A stretch of DNA of 64,000 nucleotides from Schizochytrium sp. TIO01. Its lineage: Eukaryota > Protista > Bigyra: Labyrinthulomycetes. The notes under the pieces were generated by a model, which saw only the letters and a program-made list of their open reading frames with translations, was not told the origin of the DNA and searched no databases. The stretch lies in assembly GCA_004764695.1 (NCBI GenBank), contig SMSO01000014.1, positions 6,314,029 through 6,378,028 of the forward strand, in the 5' to 3' direction. Positions 36,832-49,598 of this stretch are shown piece by piece (the stretch's first letter is position 1; every line of letters starts with the position of its first letter). Position numbers and translations under genes: made by a program.

Positions 36832-37814
36832 TAAGCAAACATTATGCACTTATGCACTTACTTGTCAAGGCAATACAAATTCTCTTTTTTTGTTCCTCTC
36901 TTTTTCTTCTTTCAATCTCAACGCTTGAAAGATTTCTCTCTTTTTGCTCTTCAAACACCAATGTTATTTGGGTTTGACTTTTGACTCCTAAGTTCTTCTT
37001 CTTCTGCTGCTGAGGTTTCTGCGAGGGCTTGCTCATCTCCTTCGGGCTTGCAAACGTTTTGAGACTCCACTTCTTAATAGCCTTAATAGCCTTTATCGAT
37101 ATCTTTGATGCTTACCAACCATATACAATGATTTTTTTCGTCTATCTAGCTCGTTACGACCCTTGGTGTGATTCAATGAATTGATAGAAAATGTGTCCTA
37201 TCTTTAAAATTATCTGCAAATTAACTAGGTCTTTGTTGTCGCTATGTAGCAACTGACCTATGTTAGCTGCAACGGAAATATGTCTTCTAGAGACGGAGTG
37301 AGGACAGGTCTCTATACAAATTTGAAAAAAATTGTAAGAGGAAAAGTGGATGCCAACCTCAAGTCAACCCTAGGAGGGATTTCCCCCTTAAACATGATTA
37401 CCCGAATTGCAAATCCATCAATGAAGATTTAATTTACCTTCTGAGAAGCAAGCTAAGAGGGCCAGTCGCCCAAATCTTTTTAAAATGGTCTGAAAGAGAA
37501 ATTTTAAGCATTGAGACTTAAAGAGTCATTTATCAGTTCAAAGTTGTGTCTATTGGGAGGCCCATTCGCCAAAATTGCATACAAATGCACTCCCTTGTTT
37601 CCTTTTTCGGGATTCGTTCTTTCCTTATCTTTTCGGGGTTTTCGATATGTTTATGTTTATACGGTCGTGAATGCGATGCTAAATATTTTACGACAAATTC
37701 CTTTTTTAAATCTGAAAAAGAAAATGTCCACATCTGTGGCACTCCCTTTCTGTTTCTAGCAGGGTAAACAACAGTATTCCGTCCTCCCCTTTTACCATAG
37801 CATAACTTAGCAGA

Positions 37815-37849
37815 GCCAAGCCAAGCCAAGCCAAGCCAAGCCAAGCCAA
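37815..37849. repeat. (CCAAG)n pentanucleotide repeat just downstream of the Rab18 stop codon
   Basis: Tandem units read directly. Confidence 0.9.
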
Positions 37850-37922
37850 CCCATGAGAGAGTTCATCTTCTGCCAAAAACAAAGTAGATCCACATTCACA
37901 ACGTTGAAAAGCATAACAGAAT

Positions 37923-38843
37923 CTAACAGCAGCCCCCTTCCTCTTCTGCCTCTTGTGTGAGGTCAGCGGCTTGCTGATGTTGCCCGCCGCGGTAATGAAG
38001 AGAAGACCCACCTGCTTTTGAAGCACCACCAGTTGCTTCGGTACCTTCCAGAAGTGCAGGACTATCAAGAATCTTTTGTACAAGCTCTTGGAAAACTTGC
38101 TTCACACCAAGTTTGGTCTTCGCACTGGTCTCAATGAAGAGCATCCCGCGCTGGCGTGCCCACGCCTCACCCTCGCGTGTCGAAACCCGACGTTGCTCCT
38201 CAAGATCAATTTTGTTGCCAACAAGTACTAGAATGACGTCTTTTGTTCCCCCAGGCGTATACTTACCGACCTCCTCAAGCCATTGGTTAATGTGCTCGAA
38301 AGTGTCACGTCTTGTTACATCATAAGTCAAAATAATTCCTTGGGCACCTCGGTAGTAAGAACTGGTTAATGTCCGGAACCTTTCCTGGCCGGCAGTATCC
38401 CAGATGGTCGCCTTGATTGTTCGTCCGCCCTGCTGGAGCATCTTTACCTTAAAGTCAACTCCACAGGTAGCATTTTGATCGGGGGTAAATGTATTGTCCG
38501 TAAACTGCAAAAGAATACTACGGCAGCGCACGTCCAAAACGGAGCATCACATATAAACAAGCAAGCGTTGTTAGTTTTTAGTTTTTTTATGACTAAACCT
38601 TATTTCCAGACGAGAGGGAATGCATGCAAAATAAGTATGCCCTACTTTTAACTGTTTCATAGAGCTTTGAGCGAGTATGAGATTGTGTGATGTATATGTG
38701 CTAACATGAGGAGGCACACACTGGAACTGATGGAAATAACCCATCTTGGAGATTCCAAGCATCACTTACCTTGACTTTCCAACGCCAGAATCCCCAATCA
38801 GAAGAAGTTTGAACAAGTGATCATATGGTTCGTTGCCGAGCAT
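37923..38843 (-). CDS. RAB18: Rab18 GTPase; exons 38843-38770 and 38517-37923
   Basis: Spliced [58 protein letters not shown], ETSAK and C-terminal GGCC. Confidence 0.93.
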
Positions 38844-40158
38844 GGTTTCTGTCGCTTATGGACAGCCTTGCCTGCGCCTCCAAGCTGTTTTTAAGAACTG
38901 TCCGCGCGGAGAGAAAGCTGATGAACTGTTATTGCTCAAGACTGTCGCTTCTTTCTCCTCCTGTGCTTCGAATTCCTCGCAAGCAGCCGCCTAATTAAAA
39001 GGTTTCACAAGAAGATCGCACGCGGGAACAACCAACGACGGTCTTGCCGCGCTCACGAAGACTCCGTGAGCCGTCAGAGGATTTCTACTTTGCTCGCGAA
39101 GAGAGAGTGCTCTCAGCGTCAAATAGGTACCTACTCTTCATAGGTAATCTACCTACCCATATAATATTAAATTAAACATATGTATTGAGGCCTGTAAACA
39201 ACTTTTTTCTTTCAAGTTTTTCTTTCCATGGAAGTGGATAAGAAAGACGTGAACTACATAGCGTTCTACTTTAGGATTTGAGGCCACGAGAAGGAAGCAT
39301 ATTCACGCCAAAGAAGGAACAGTCTTTACTGAGCGTACCTTTCCCCCTGTGATAGCTAACGTCTCTGCCTTGGACTATTTTATTTTTTTATTGATGTAAA
39401 TTTCTCTGCTTCGGACTCTTCTTTTCAAACTTGAATAGAAAAAAAATTATAATGTACCACTCCGGAATTCCGACAAGGGTAGCGTTCCAGGTCGAATCCT
39501 AGAAGCAAACTTTTCTTCATCTATGAAACAAAGCTAGAGTTGAGACAAGATCGAACGGGTCTATGGATTTTTCTAAACAGAGAACGCACTTCAAGGTCCA
39601 GTGCGGAAAGAAGTAGTAGAAGTAGAGAAAGTTTTGGTTCTCAGTTTGTAATGTATAGTTTATCTTTCTTTTACTACGGGTACTTGTGTAATGGAGGACT
39701 TGTGTCTAGCCTTGAGCGAGACGTCAGGAAGTGAAAGTGTGTCAGTTGATTCTCTTTCATGGTCGAAAGAAATGCGAGACATCGGGTCTAGGTACAAGCG
39801 TGTACTATCCGATTTCATTTTCAATATCGAGGATTGCAGCCTATCATTTTATGCGCACGTCCTTCATTACATCATCATCTTTAGTATTTATTTTGCGACC
39901 TTATCCTTTCCGTATGTTCGATGCTGATCGATGTCTAGGTTCTTTTAATCGCTGATCGCTGGTTATGATCGTGCTTCTGACACTTGTTACTCAACGTGAG
40001 GAGGATTATCTGTTTACTTTTTCGTTTTTGTAGAATATCGACTACGTCATTATCCATCAAAACGTCAAAGGCAGTAAGTAACACAACAGAAATGTCTAAA
40101 CGAACCACGATCCAACGAATGAAACACAAGAACAAAGACCGCTTAGACAAAACACCAC

Positions 40159-41151
40159 TTAGGCCTTGCTGTCAGGAACAGCGGCCTTCTTCTTAGACTT
40201 ATTCTGCTTAACGTAAACAGAGATAAGAATGGAAAGCGTAAAGATGAAGCCTCCAACGACGTGCATGTAAGTGATGGGCTTGGCAACGAGCATAAAGGAG
40301 AGAATGATGGTGAAGACCTTGCGGCAACTCTTGACGATCTCAGCATTGACGGCACCAAAATGCTTGATGAGCACGAGCACGAAGATGCTGCTAGTGTATC
40401 CAAGCACGGAGAACATGGCGGTCCAGGTGACAACCTCGGGGTTCTTGGTAGCGTGAGCAATGGCAGTCCAGAGCTCTCCGCTCTGGAGGAGCGGAAGAGC
40501 AGCCCAGACGCTGCCAAAGAGAGATGCATACATCATGACTTCCGCCTGAGAGCACTTGAGCTGCTTGAAGAAGTAGCGCTCCTCGTAGTTGGAGGTGACA
40601 GCATCGCAAAGCACTCCGAGGGTGATGAGTACAATGCCAATAAAGTCGAATTTGGGAGAAGCCTGGGAGTCACCAAGCACAAAGAGCGTAATTCCAGTGA
40701 CCAAAACCATCGCGGAGAGGTACTCAGCACGGGTGAAACGCTTGCCCTGGAGAAAGACACCAACAATCATAACCGGGATGACCTTGGAGCTCTTGAAGAG
40801 CACGCGAACGGGGTAGTTAAGGTAGGTGAGACTCCAGTTGGTGAAGAGGATTCCACCAAATGTGAAGACACTGAGTTTGGCATAGTCTTGAAGCGAAGCG
40901 CGGCGTTTGGTGTCACCGGTGACAACGCCTTCAACGAAGCCGCAAAGAGCGAAGGTCAGCGTGGTCAGAAGCGACACGAAGCCGTGCTGAGTGCCTTCAA
41001 TCAAGAAGACACGCTCCTGAAGGTAGGCAAAGAGGAGAGAAAAGGAAAGGTTACCAAAGGCCAGCGTAAGGAGCTGGGCTTGAGGGCTCATAAAACTGAG
41101 GTCTACCCCAAAGACGGCCACCTTGGAGGCGGCTTCTCCCTTGCGCTCCAT
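40159..41151 (-). CDS. SLC35B/UAA-family nucleotide-sugar or PAPS transporter (SLC35B3-like)
   Basis: YLQE, LTYLNYPVRVLFKSSKVIPVM, DAVTSNYEE and RKVFTIILSF motifs, with about 10 TM segments. First ATG at 41151. Confidence 0.88.
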   Translation of the reverse strand: MERKGEAASKVAVFGVDLSFMSPQAQLLTLAFGNLSFSLLFAYLQERVFLIEGTQHGFVSLLTTLTFALCGFVEGVVTGDTKRRASLQDYAKLSVFTFGGILFTNWSLTYLNYPVRVLFKSSKVIPVMIVGVFLQGKRFTRAEYLSAMVLVTGITLFVLGDSQASPKFDFIGIVLITLGVLCDAVTSNYEERYFFKQLKCSQAEVMMYASLFGSVWAALPLLQSGELWTAIAHATKNPEVVTWTAMFSVLGYTSSIFVLVLIKHFGAVNAEIVKSCRKVFTIILSFMLVAKPITYMHVVGGFIFTLSILISVYVKQNKSKKKAAVPDSKA

Positions 41152-44126
41152 CTTTAACGGCTTAGGACGGATGCAAACCCAACGAAGCCACAGCAATAAG
41201 AAGCTTACGACAACAACAATACAGACAGCTTCGGACGCACGAGCACGCACGCAAGCTGTAGATCAGCTGTAACGCACAATATAGACGCAACAAAAGGCGT
41301 CTCAATGGGATCTGCTGTGCTACTGAGATGCGCCAGCACTGCCTTTTGTGTTGATCAATCGATGATAACTATTGCAAACATCAAAAAAAATTATCACATT
41401 AAAAACAAATTACTCTGCCATATTAAACCACTAGAAAACCAGGAAAGAAAAAACTTTTCTATCTCGTTTCTTTCTTTTTAGGCCATGGTATAAGGGTTCA
41501 ATTACCTAAAACGATAGGAGCACCCGATCAATTCTAATGGAAATCTTTCATCGATTTTATTCAATTCATCTCTTCATGTCAAGCCAATACTTAGGGCAGT
41601 AGTCTGCCAAGAGCTCCATCGTCGAATCGATGGCTAAGCCAGCCTGGACTCAGACTTTGCAGTGTGCTTTGTGCCAAAAGTATTGGCCTGAGGAGCGATA
41701 TTGATTGCAGCACTTTGCCATCTCTTCAGAATCGAGTCTTTCCTTTCATTTCCTTTAACTTCCTTGGAGCCGTCCAAGATGGTGGTTCCAATAAGGTGGC
41801 AATTTAAGGGGATTATGTAGCACTTAGCTAGTCGATGTTAGTGTCCCGCGCGAAAGACGGCCTCCAAGACTTGCTCCTTAAGGCGTTGAAAGCGCCGAGA
41901 AGACCTCAGGACGCGCCGAAGAGAATCGAAAACCCGTGGAAGATCGTGTGGAAAGGTGGAAACTGGCATGTCCAGGCGCCAAGAGAAGTTTGCTTCTCCA
42001 GGGTCCATTGGAAGTCGTCCAATGACGGCGGATAGAGAGGAGGAGTCCAGTTCTCATTTGTTTTCTTATGTGCCGCCGGTCTCCTTTTATTTTCTCCTAA
42101 AGAACAGCTAAGTGCCCTACCTACTAATTGATTTATAAGGAACAGGATCAATGTGTTGTTCTTCTATTTGTTGGTTTCTTTGTTTCTTTGGTTCTTTGCG
42201 TTGTTGTTTAGATCATACGCAGTTCCTATCATATGTCATATGCAGTACCTCTTCTACGTTAGATGTGGGATCTTTTATGACCGAGTCTTTGAGTTTGCTG
42301 TGAATCTACAAAAAATCTACAAAAACGTGGGGACAGGGAACATAAAAGGGCGCCTGCAAGTGCCGGAAATGGGGGCTCCACGCGCGAGATCTTCCGAGGG
42401 AAAGCACTCGTGATGAAGGACGAAGGTAGGATATTGGCACTGGGTATCTGAGTAGGATCAAGAAAAAAAGTTGATGCGGGTCTGCTCAGATGTTGCTTTA
42501 ACTGGCAAGCTATGGCTTAGAAGGAATCAGCCATGTCATTACCAAAACTATGTCCTGCTCGAACGTGGCTAGGCGCAGAATATTGAAGAATTATCTTTAA
42601 AACAAGAGTGTACCATAGGAATGCGTGAAAGGAGTTCAGGTATAGGCAAGTTGACCAGGTATATGAACATTAGTGGAGCAACGATCGTCGTGATAGTCGT
42701 TTCTCAAAGAGAGTCCGAGTCTTTGTGACAACACTCCTGATACCGGTTCAGCAGAATCCTAAAAAGTTTATGCTAATGACCTAGAGGGTGCTGGGAAGTA
42801 TGTTAGACAGTGGTCGAGCTCGAAACTAAGAAAGGTCTTTCCAGACCGCAGGAAAGAGCAGTTTGTTTGGTGCTGCATACTTCTCTAATTTTTACCCCAC
42901 GCTCTCCAACTTGGAAATTGTATGTTGTGGAGTGGATTTTGCTCGTGCACGCCACGCTCTATGCTTGTTGAAAGCGTCCTCACTTTTACTTTTACTTCTA
43001 CTTCTACTTTTTCTTTTACTCGCACTCGCACTCAAACCCGAATTTGAGGTTCCAAAGGCTCTGATGACTTTCCGTGTCTACTCGACATCAGTTTTTATTG
43101 GGATGATTGCAAAGTCCTACACAGCTGCATGTCACCTTCGTCCTGCATGGGACAGGCTATGGATTTCCTTGTGTAGAAGGATTCGCTTCTCTGCTCCAGA
43201 GAGTATTTATCGACGGTTTTTGTTGACCTGTTTGATCAATCCCTATTGAAATTCCTTGCATGGTCTCCCCTTCTAAGCTCTGCAGGTTGTCTATATCGTC
43301 AATAGCACGAATTATTACCTTGGACTACCATTGCCACTACGGTGGCGAAGATTAGGTCGGCACTACCACGATCGTCGTTGTCGCATTGGTTTGTTCTTCG
43401 CTTGAAAGTCGCTGTGAAGAAGTTACGAGCAATCCTAGAAAGTACCTAGCAGGTGTCTACCACCTAATAGGATTACACATTGAATAAATAAATTAATTAA
43501 TTATTAAATAAATAGTTGTAGAAGATTGACTGCCCTTTCCTTCTTCTTCAATCCTGGCAGCCGAAGAGGTTAATTTTTAAGGACCAGAACTGCAGAGCTT
43601 CCCGTGGCCTGCACGCAACAAGCACCAGGCCTATCCTGAGCTCGCGATAAGCTGCAAGAGACCTACATACAGGCCTTTCGGCGAACAGATTGGGCGCACG
43701 CCAGCTGGTGGTATCTGGTAAGTAGAAGTGAGGACAAATGGGTTCGCTCAGACACATTCGCTCGCTCGCTCGCTGCTTTTGGAGGCGCAAACGATCTTGT
43801 GAAGAATAACTTTTCACCATGACCAAACCTGCTTTGCAAGGACCGGGTGTATAGCGAGGACGGTGGTGTCGGCTGTGCGAGAAGCAGTGGAAGTAAGTCC
43901 CATCGGGGCGGACTTGGTTAAATATCTTTTGGTTGTCGTGAAGATTTTGGTTAGACTAACTTGTTTATGTGCTTGCGTACTTGCATACATGCGTATGGAT
44001 GCCCAATGCGATGCAAATCGACGTGCGATCCGTGGCGGATTTACTCTGATGGCCCCTTCTTGGATATGTATGTGGAATTATATTTTGTGACATTCTTTGG
44101 AATCAAAGACCATTTGACTGAGAACG

Positions 44127-45113
44127 ATGGCTCGCGCAAACCTTATTGTAGAGAAGGAGCTCCAGGATGTCTTTGTGAACGCAGCAGAGCAGGGTACTCG
44201 CTGGATCCAGGCATGCCTAGATGATGTCAACATTTGTGTTGAGGCCACAGGCCCGGTGTCCGATGATATCGAGAGCGACCTAGAAAGCATGAAGAGTGAT
44301 GCTCTCGCCGAGGGCAAGCCGTGTTTCATTCTCTTTTGCCTTGAGCCTGGCGCAGAAGCCCAGGCATGGGTTCTCATTGCTTATGTGCCTGACAACTCCA
44401 AGGTTAAAGCTCGGATGCTCTATGCCTCTGGTGTGGCTGATGTTAAGGAGGCTCTGGGGTACAGCAACTTCAGTGGTAGTGCGCACGTGACCTCTGCTGA
44501 TGAGCTTTCCCTTGATGTCATCCGTGGCGTCATTCGTCGTGAATTTACGGATCAGCCCTTGACTGAGTCTGAGATCCTTGCCAAAGAGGAGGTTGCTCAA
44601 ATGGCGCCTCCATCTGAGGTTCGGGCTAATGCGATGGGTCTTGTCCCCTTCGATTTCACACCGGATCTCGATGCCGCGCTTGAGGCCTTCAAGGAGGGCT
44701 CCTCAAACTTTGTGGAGTTTGTCATTGAGGGAGATTCAACCGTTGCTAAAGGTAGCTCTGAGGCCTCCCAGCTCGACTCCTCTACAATTGCTCACGAGCC
44801 GCGTTTTTACCTCGTGCGCCAAGTTGATACAAGCAACAATGTCTATTACATCTTCTCGTGCCCCGAAGGAACCAAAATTCGTGTGCGCATGCTTTACTCC
44901 ACCTGTAAGGCCACCCTTGCCGCGCACCTTGATGAGCTGGACATTGAGATCACCAAGGTCTTTGAGCTTGGCGAACCAGGCGATATTGATGACCTTCTGA
45001 AAATGTATGACACCCCTGATGATGATGCTGGCCAGATCAGACAGGCCAACTTCTCCAAGCCATCACGCCCTGGTCGTGGAAAGGCGCGTGTTATGAAGAA
45101 GAAGACTCCCTGA
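44127..45113 (+). CDS. TWF: Twinfilin (tandem ADF-H actin-binding domains)
   Basis: Two ADF-H repeats (YVPDNSKVKARMLYAS; SCPEGTKIRVRMLYSTCK) and the tail FSKPSRPGR. Probable 5'UTR intron starting gtaagt at ~43893. Confidence 0.9.
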   Translation: MARANLIVEKELQDVFVNAAEQGTRWIQACLDDVNICVEATGPVSDDIESDLESMKSDALAEGKPCFILFCLEPGAEAQAWVLIAYVPDNSKVKARMLYASGVADVKEALGYSNFSGSAHVTSADELSLDVIRGVIRREFTDQPLTESEILAKEEVAQMAPPSEVRANAMGLVPFDFTPDLDAALEAFKEGSSNFVEFVIEGDSTVAKGSSEASQLDSSTIAHEPRFYLVRQVDTSNNVYYIFSCPEGTKIRVRMLYSTCKATLAAHLDELDIEITKVFELGEPGDIDDLLKMYDTPDDDAGQIRQANFSKPSRPGRGKARVMKKKTP

Positions 45114-45882
45114 AATTGAGCACTACTTTTTCCACATTACATACAGTTCACCTTGCTTTCTAGTCGTTATATCTTACACCAATGATAAATCTCCTTCCTT
45201 TGTTGTTGTTCCAAGAATTTGTTGATGCCTCCATGCAGGCGCAAATATATTTAACGTACAATTTGCCGTGCCATGATGATCTTGCACTGCTTGAAAAGTT
45301 GGATATGTCCTAATATAAATATATCTTCCACGACTGATTCTCAAGCCTTGAAACGAAAAGCTCCGTAAAACATACGCGTCGTGTGCGCAAAAAAACTTAA
45401 AGATGTTTACTAATCTGTATTTACTGGAGCTTTTGCCCGTGCATAATGGTTGAGAGGAGGAGTAGGTAAGCGCCCTTTTCTCTATCTTCAAATAATCAAA
45501 TCATTCAAGTTACCATGGTACCAGAAAGGGTTAGCATTTTTCTTAGTTAATTACTACCTAGGTTCTAAGCAAGGTACTTTTCGCTTTCTCTTGTTGCAGC
45601 AAGAATTGTGCCGGTGAAAGTGACTAGGTACTTTCCTAGGTACTTTGGCCAAACAGTACGTCAAGGGAAAGCTTCTTGAGTCCGTGACGGACAGTGGCGC
45701 ATGGCAGACCTTAGTCCTGTCAGACCGCCTTGACCACGCATTAGTTCTTGGAGAACAGATTTGCGCTGGGCTACTTACTGCTGCTATACGTCGCGTGCGG
45801 AGTGCATCCAGTTTGGGATAATTCAAGAACCAGCCAGCACCTTGAACTTGAGACGCAGAGGAGGGCAACGGAGCAAGAGAGG

Positions 45883-47446
45883 ATGCTGACGAACCACAAG
45901 GCTCCCACACTTAGACCTGAACTGAGGCAGGGTCTAGAACAAATTGCTCAAGATGCGCAAGAAATCCGGTAGGTTCTGTCTGAAGGAAAATGTGGGACGC
46001 ACGTCCCAGATAGGATAGGATATGAGAAAGAGATTAACTCGAATAGAGCAACGACTTGCTATTGGCGCGTTTGTTTGAGTAGGCTTGGCGGAAATGAAAT
46101 CGATGATCAGGAGGCTAGGGCTATTTCTACAGCGATGGCTACAAATGCCAGCGTGCAGGTTCTTGAGTACGTTTCCAAAAGAAAGGTAGAATATGCCAAG
46201 TAAGCTCACGAAAACACATTTTGCGTTAAAACTTTGCAGACTCAGCGTAAACAAAATTGGAGACGAAGGTGCTAAAGCAATTGTAGCTTCTTTAGAGAAG
46301 AACACAACCCTGATTGAACTCGAGTACGTTTATAAAGTATAGAAAGCATCTAGATAATCTAAGAAAACCGGCTGACTATTATTTTATTGAGAATATTTAT
46401 TAACACGTTTTCATTCACAAGCCTCACCGGAAATCAAATATACCCGGAAGCAAGCGATGCGTTTGCAAAATTGCTTTTTAGCAATAAAACTCTTCAAGTT
46501 CTTTCGTAAGTTTGAACACATACTCTGTACTGAGCACAATTAACTAACTAATGGTGCAATGCTATATGTAGACTTACGTGGAACTTCATGGGGGATGCAG
46601 GATGTAAAAACCTGGCTGGAGCACTCGCGAGTAACCAGACGCTCCGTAAATTAGAGTAAGCTACACCAATACTAAGCAAGATAAACCCATGACTGAAGTA
46701 CTCACTCAACCCGGATTCTCGTTTGCAGGATAAGTCTAAACAAAATCGGCAATGATGGGGCGCGAGCTTTAGCGGAGTCTCCCGGGTTATTGAAAAAATA
46801 GATTTGAGTGCAAACCTTGTATCAGACGCGGGTGCTAAAGCCCTCGCCAAAATGTTGCATGATAACAAGACTCTAGAAGAACTTGAGTAAGTTAGACTTC
46901 AACAAGATTAAGTACTGATCAGTCCATGTTTCTCACTTTAAGGAAAAACTGCGTATTGGAAGTCTCTCGGACAACCACATCGGCGATGAAGGTGCAAAAG
47001 CGCTGACCGCGGCCCTTGCGCACAACACAAGTCTCAAGGTTCTCAGGTAGGTTTAAACTCTACAGTATTGTTCACAACTAGTAGCCTACTAATTCATCCT
47101 ACTTTTCTTCTTTAACGCAAATGCAATAGCCTTAACAAAAACGCAATTGGAGGCAAAGGAATCAAGTTGCTCGAGGCAGCGAAGGAAGGCTCCACGACAT
47201 TGGAAATACTTAAGTAAGTTGAGAAAAAAAACTCATTACAATGATTGAGCCATAATGGAAAATTCTTTGAACTCACTCTTCAAGTACATCTCTACAGTCT
47301 GGAGGCTCAGTCTACGGAAAAGCGTCGGGCGAACAGGTACGTTACAGTATTTGTCCAACAAGAGACGGCTTCTCATTGCCAAATTACTCAATAGGAAATA
47401 AAGCTGACAAGATCTTGTTAATAACAGCAAATGCGCAATATTATAA
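45883..47446 (+). CDS. Stand-alone RI-like LRR protein with C-terminal CaaX (CAIL). Exons: 45883-45968, 46083-46166, 46240-46323, 46422-46505, 46572-46655, 46729-46886 (frameshifted), 46963-47046, 47130-47213, 47298-47336, 47428-47446
   Basis: Six exons of exactly 84 nt with GT-AG borders, each encoding one repeat (e.g. LSVNKIGDEGAKAIVASLEKNTTLIEL; LSDNHIGDEGAKALTAALAHNTSLKVL). All introns are phase 2. Confidence 0.8.
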
Positions 47447-47725
47447 TAGACGACATTTTGCATTTGTACATCGTGGCGCAGCTTCAATTTTGACATGTAG
47501 TCTCGTGACGGTGCTTAAAAGCATCAAAGAAAAAAAGGTTTGCATTGTCATGAATAGAATATTACTTTTATATTTTCGTTGAGGCATTTTCCAAAAACGT
47601 CAAACGCGGTAATTTTTTCCAACAAAATCCGGTGTAACACATGAAAGTTTCAGATAATAAAGACTTAACACAAAATATGCACAATCTTAATGGAACCACA
47701 ATGAGATGGCGTTGACTAGATACAA

Positions 47726-49015
47726 TCAGACCTTGTTCTCATTCATATTGATCTCATCTACTGCCATGTCCTCAAAGAATCGTGCGCGAATGTGACCTAG
47801 CGCATTAAAAGAGCCGCAAACGACGTGTACGTCCTTGTCACTATTAGTTTGTGCTTGAGCCAGATCAAATGCTTGAACAATTGTTGGCGCATGATGGACC
47901 TCAAGGTCCTCCCTTCCAGACAGGTCAGCCGCCTGCTGTACAGCTGCTTCGAGATCCTTAATGGAAGCAGAGCGCTGCAGGTTCTCACTTGGTGCAACTG
48001 TGATACTGGCAACATTGAGCTTCTTGTCGGCAAGAAGAGCTTGGAAACTACCAAGTGCGTCTTTATTTGCACCCATGGCAACCACAGCATGGATTTTCCA
48101 GCCCTCTGAACGGGGGTACTCCTGTGCAAGAGCTTCACCAAGGCGAACAAACGCGGCTGGATTATGAGCAGCATCTAGGATAAGACGATTATTGACCTTC
48201 TCGAATCGTCCGAGCGGTCTTTTATCCAGTAACTCGCTCACGGGAACGTTAATGCCGAGAAAATGGAGAGCAGTTGCAGCTACGCGCGTGTTCTCGCCGT
48301 CCACTGATTCGCCGCTCACAGGCTCAAGCGCGGTAAAGGATTTGGCTTCTGCAGCCTCGGAAATTTCACGAAGTACTTGAAGTTGTTGTGCTGGCACCGA
48401 CGGGCCAACGACTACATTGCATCCCTTCTTGAAAATTCCGCCTTTTGCCCGTGCAATGTCATCCAAAGTGTTGCCGAGAATAGCCTGGTGGTCGAGAGCG
48501 ATGCTTGTAATCACACAAACACCAGGGGGCGGCATGACATTTGTGCTATCCTCAAGTCCACCGAGTCCAGCTTCGATGACTGCGTACGCTGCCTTGGACT
48601 TCGCAAAGTACTGAAATGAGAGCATGGTGAGCAGCTCAAAATATGTGAGACTTGTGTCAAGTTTATTCTCAAGCTCCTCAATCTCCTCCATGAGAGCCTC
48701 AGCCTGGGTTTCCGGAATCATAACATTGTCGAGGCGAATTCGTTCACGATATGTTCCCACATGTGGTGACGTGAAGAGTCCACATGTGCCCTTGCCGTGC
48801 TTCATGATGCCGTAGTTAATCTTGTGGCTAACAGAGCCCTTGCCATTAGTTCCAGCTACGTGCACGAGACCAGGAACCTTGTCAGATTGGCTTGCGTTGC
48901 GAGCGGGGCCCCACCACGCCTCAAGAGTTGTGGAGGCGCGGACCATGGACTCCATGCGCCCAAGGCCCATCTCGGCGCCACGTCCGCTCGCGTTCGCCTG
49001 CAGAAGCCGCCGCAT
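47726..49015 (-). CDS. FPGS: Folylpolyglutamate/dihydrofolate synthase (FolC family)
   Basis: HVAGTNGKGS, FTSPH, RERI, TYFE, EAGLGG..DSTN, DHQAILG, GRFE and LDAAHNP motifs. First ATG at 49015. Confidence 0.92.
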   Translation of the reverse strand: MRRLLQANASGRGAEMGLGRMESMVRASTTLEAWWGPARNASQSDKVPGLVHVAGTNGKGSVSHKINYGIMKHGKGTCGLFTSPHVGTYRERIRLDNVMIPETQAEALMEEIEELENKLDTSLTYFELLTMLSFQYFAKSKAAYAVIEAGLGGLEDSTNVMPPPGVCVITSIALDHQAILGNTLDDIARAKGGIFKKGCNVVVGPSVPAQQLQVLREISEAAEAKSFTALEPVSGESVDGENTRVAATALHFLGINVPVSELLDKRPLGRFEKVNNRLILDAAHNPAAFVRLGEALAQEYPRSEGWKIHAVVAMGANKDALGSFQALLADKKLNVASITVAPSENLQRSASIKDLEAAVQQAADLSGREDLEVHHAPTIVQAFDLAQAQTNSDKDVHVVCGSFNALGHIRARFFEDMAVDEINMNENKV

Positions 49016-49598
49016 CCTCTGCAAATCAGCTGATCCCAATTCTGTAGAGGCCAAAGTGCTCGCGATCTTTTCCGCGTGCCAGTAAGTTGAAGATTTGCTT
49101 CAACAGCGTTGCATTGTACATTATCCCATTCTTTCCTCATATTCTTTCTTTCCATTCCTAATAACAACTTGCCAAGTGAACTTTTTTCTCATTGTGAAAG
49201 AAAAGTTGTCATTGTCAGTGTTAGCACTGAAGAAGAAACCAAAAAAAAAAAGAACAGGGCGGAAAAGTAGGGTAAACTATTATTAGAGAGTACTAGTCTT
49301 TTACATCGGCGACGATGTGAAGTCATGAGAAACCAATAGCGTGCACGATATCTTCCACCGGATCTATTGGAGAAGTTGGGTGCTTCGAATGTATGTGTTG
49401 TATGCTCCTGTATGTACGTACGTACGTACATAGGTGGAGTTCTTCATCCATGCACGATTGACAGATTTTCATCAATATCTCCAAGGCGTAGGAACTATTT
49501 GCCAAAGAAGATTTGAGGAACGGCAATGGCGCAGGTTTAAGGGAGGAATGTACTGCAAAGCAACCAGCAGGTAGAGAGCTTGAAGCGGATGTGTAGCA

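Noticed and set aside
40261-41157. 298-aa plus-strand ORF
   Set aside because: Antisense shadow of the SLC35B transporter, expected from biased codon usage. No motifs.
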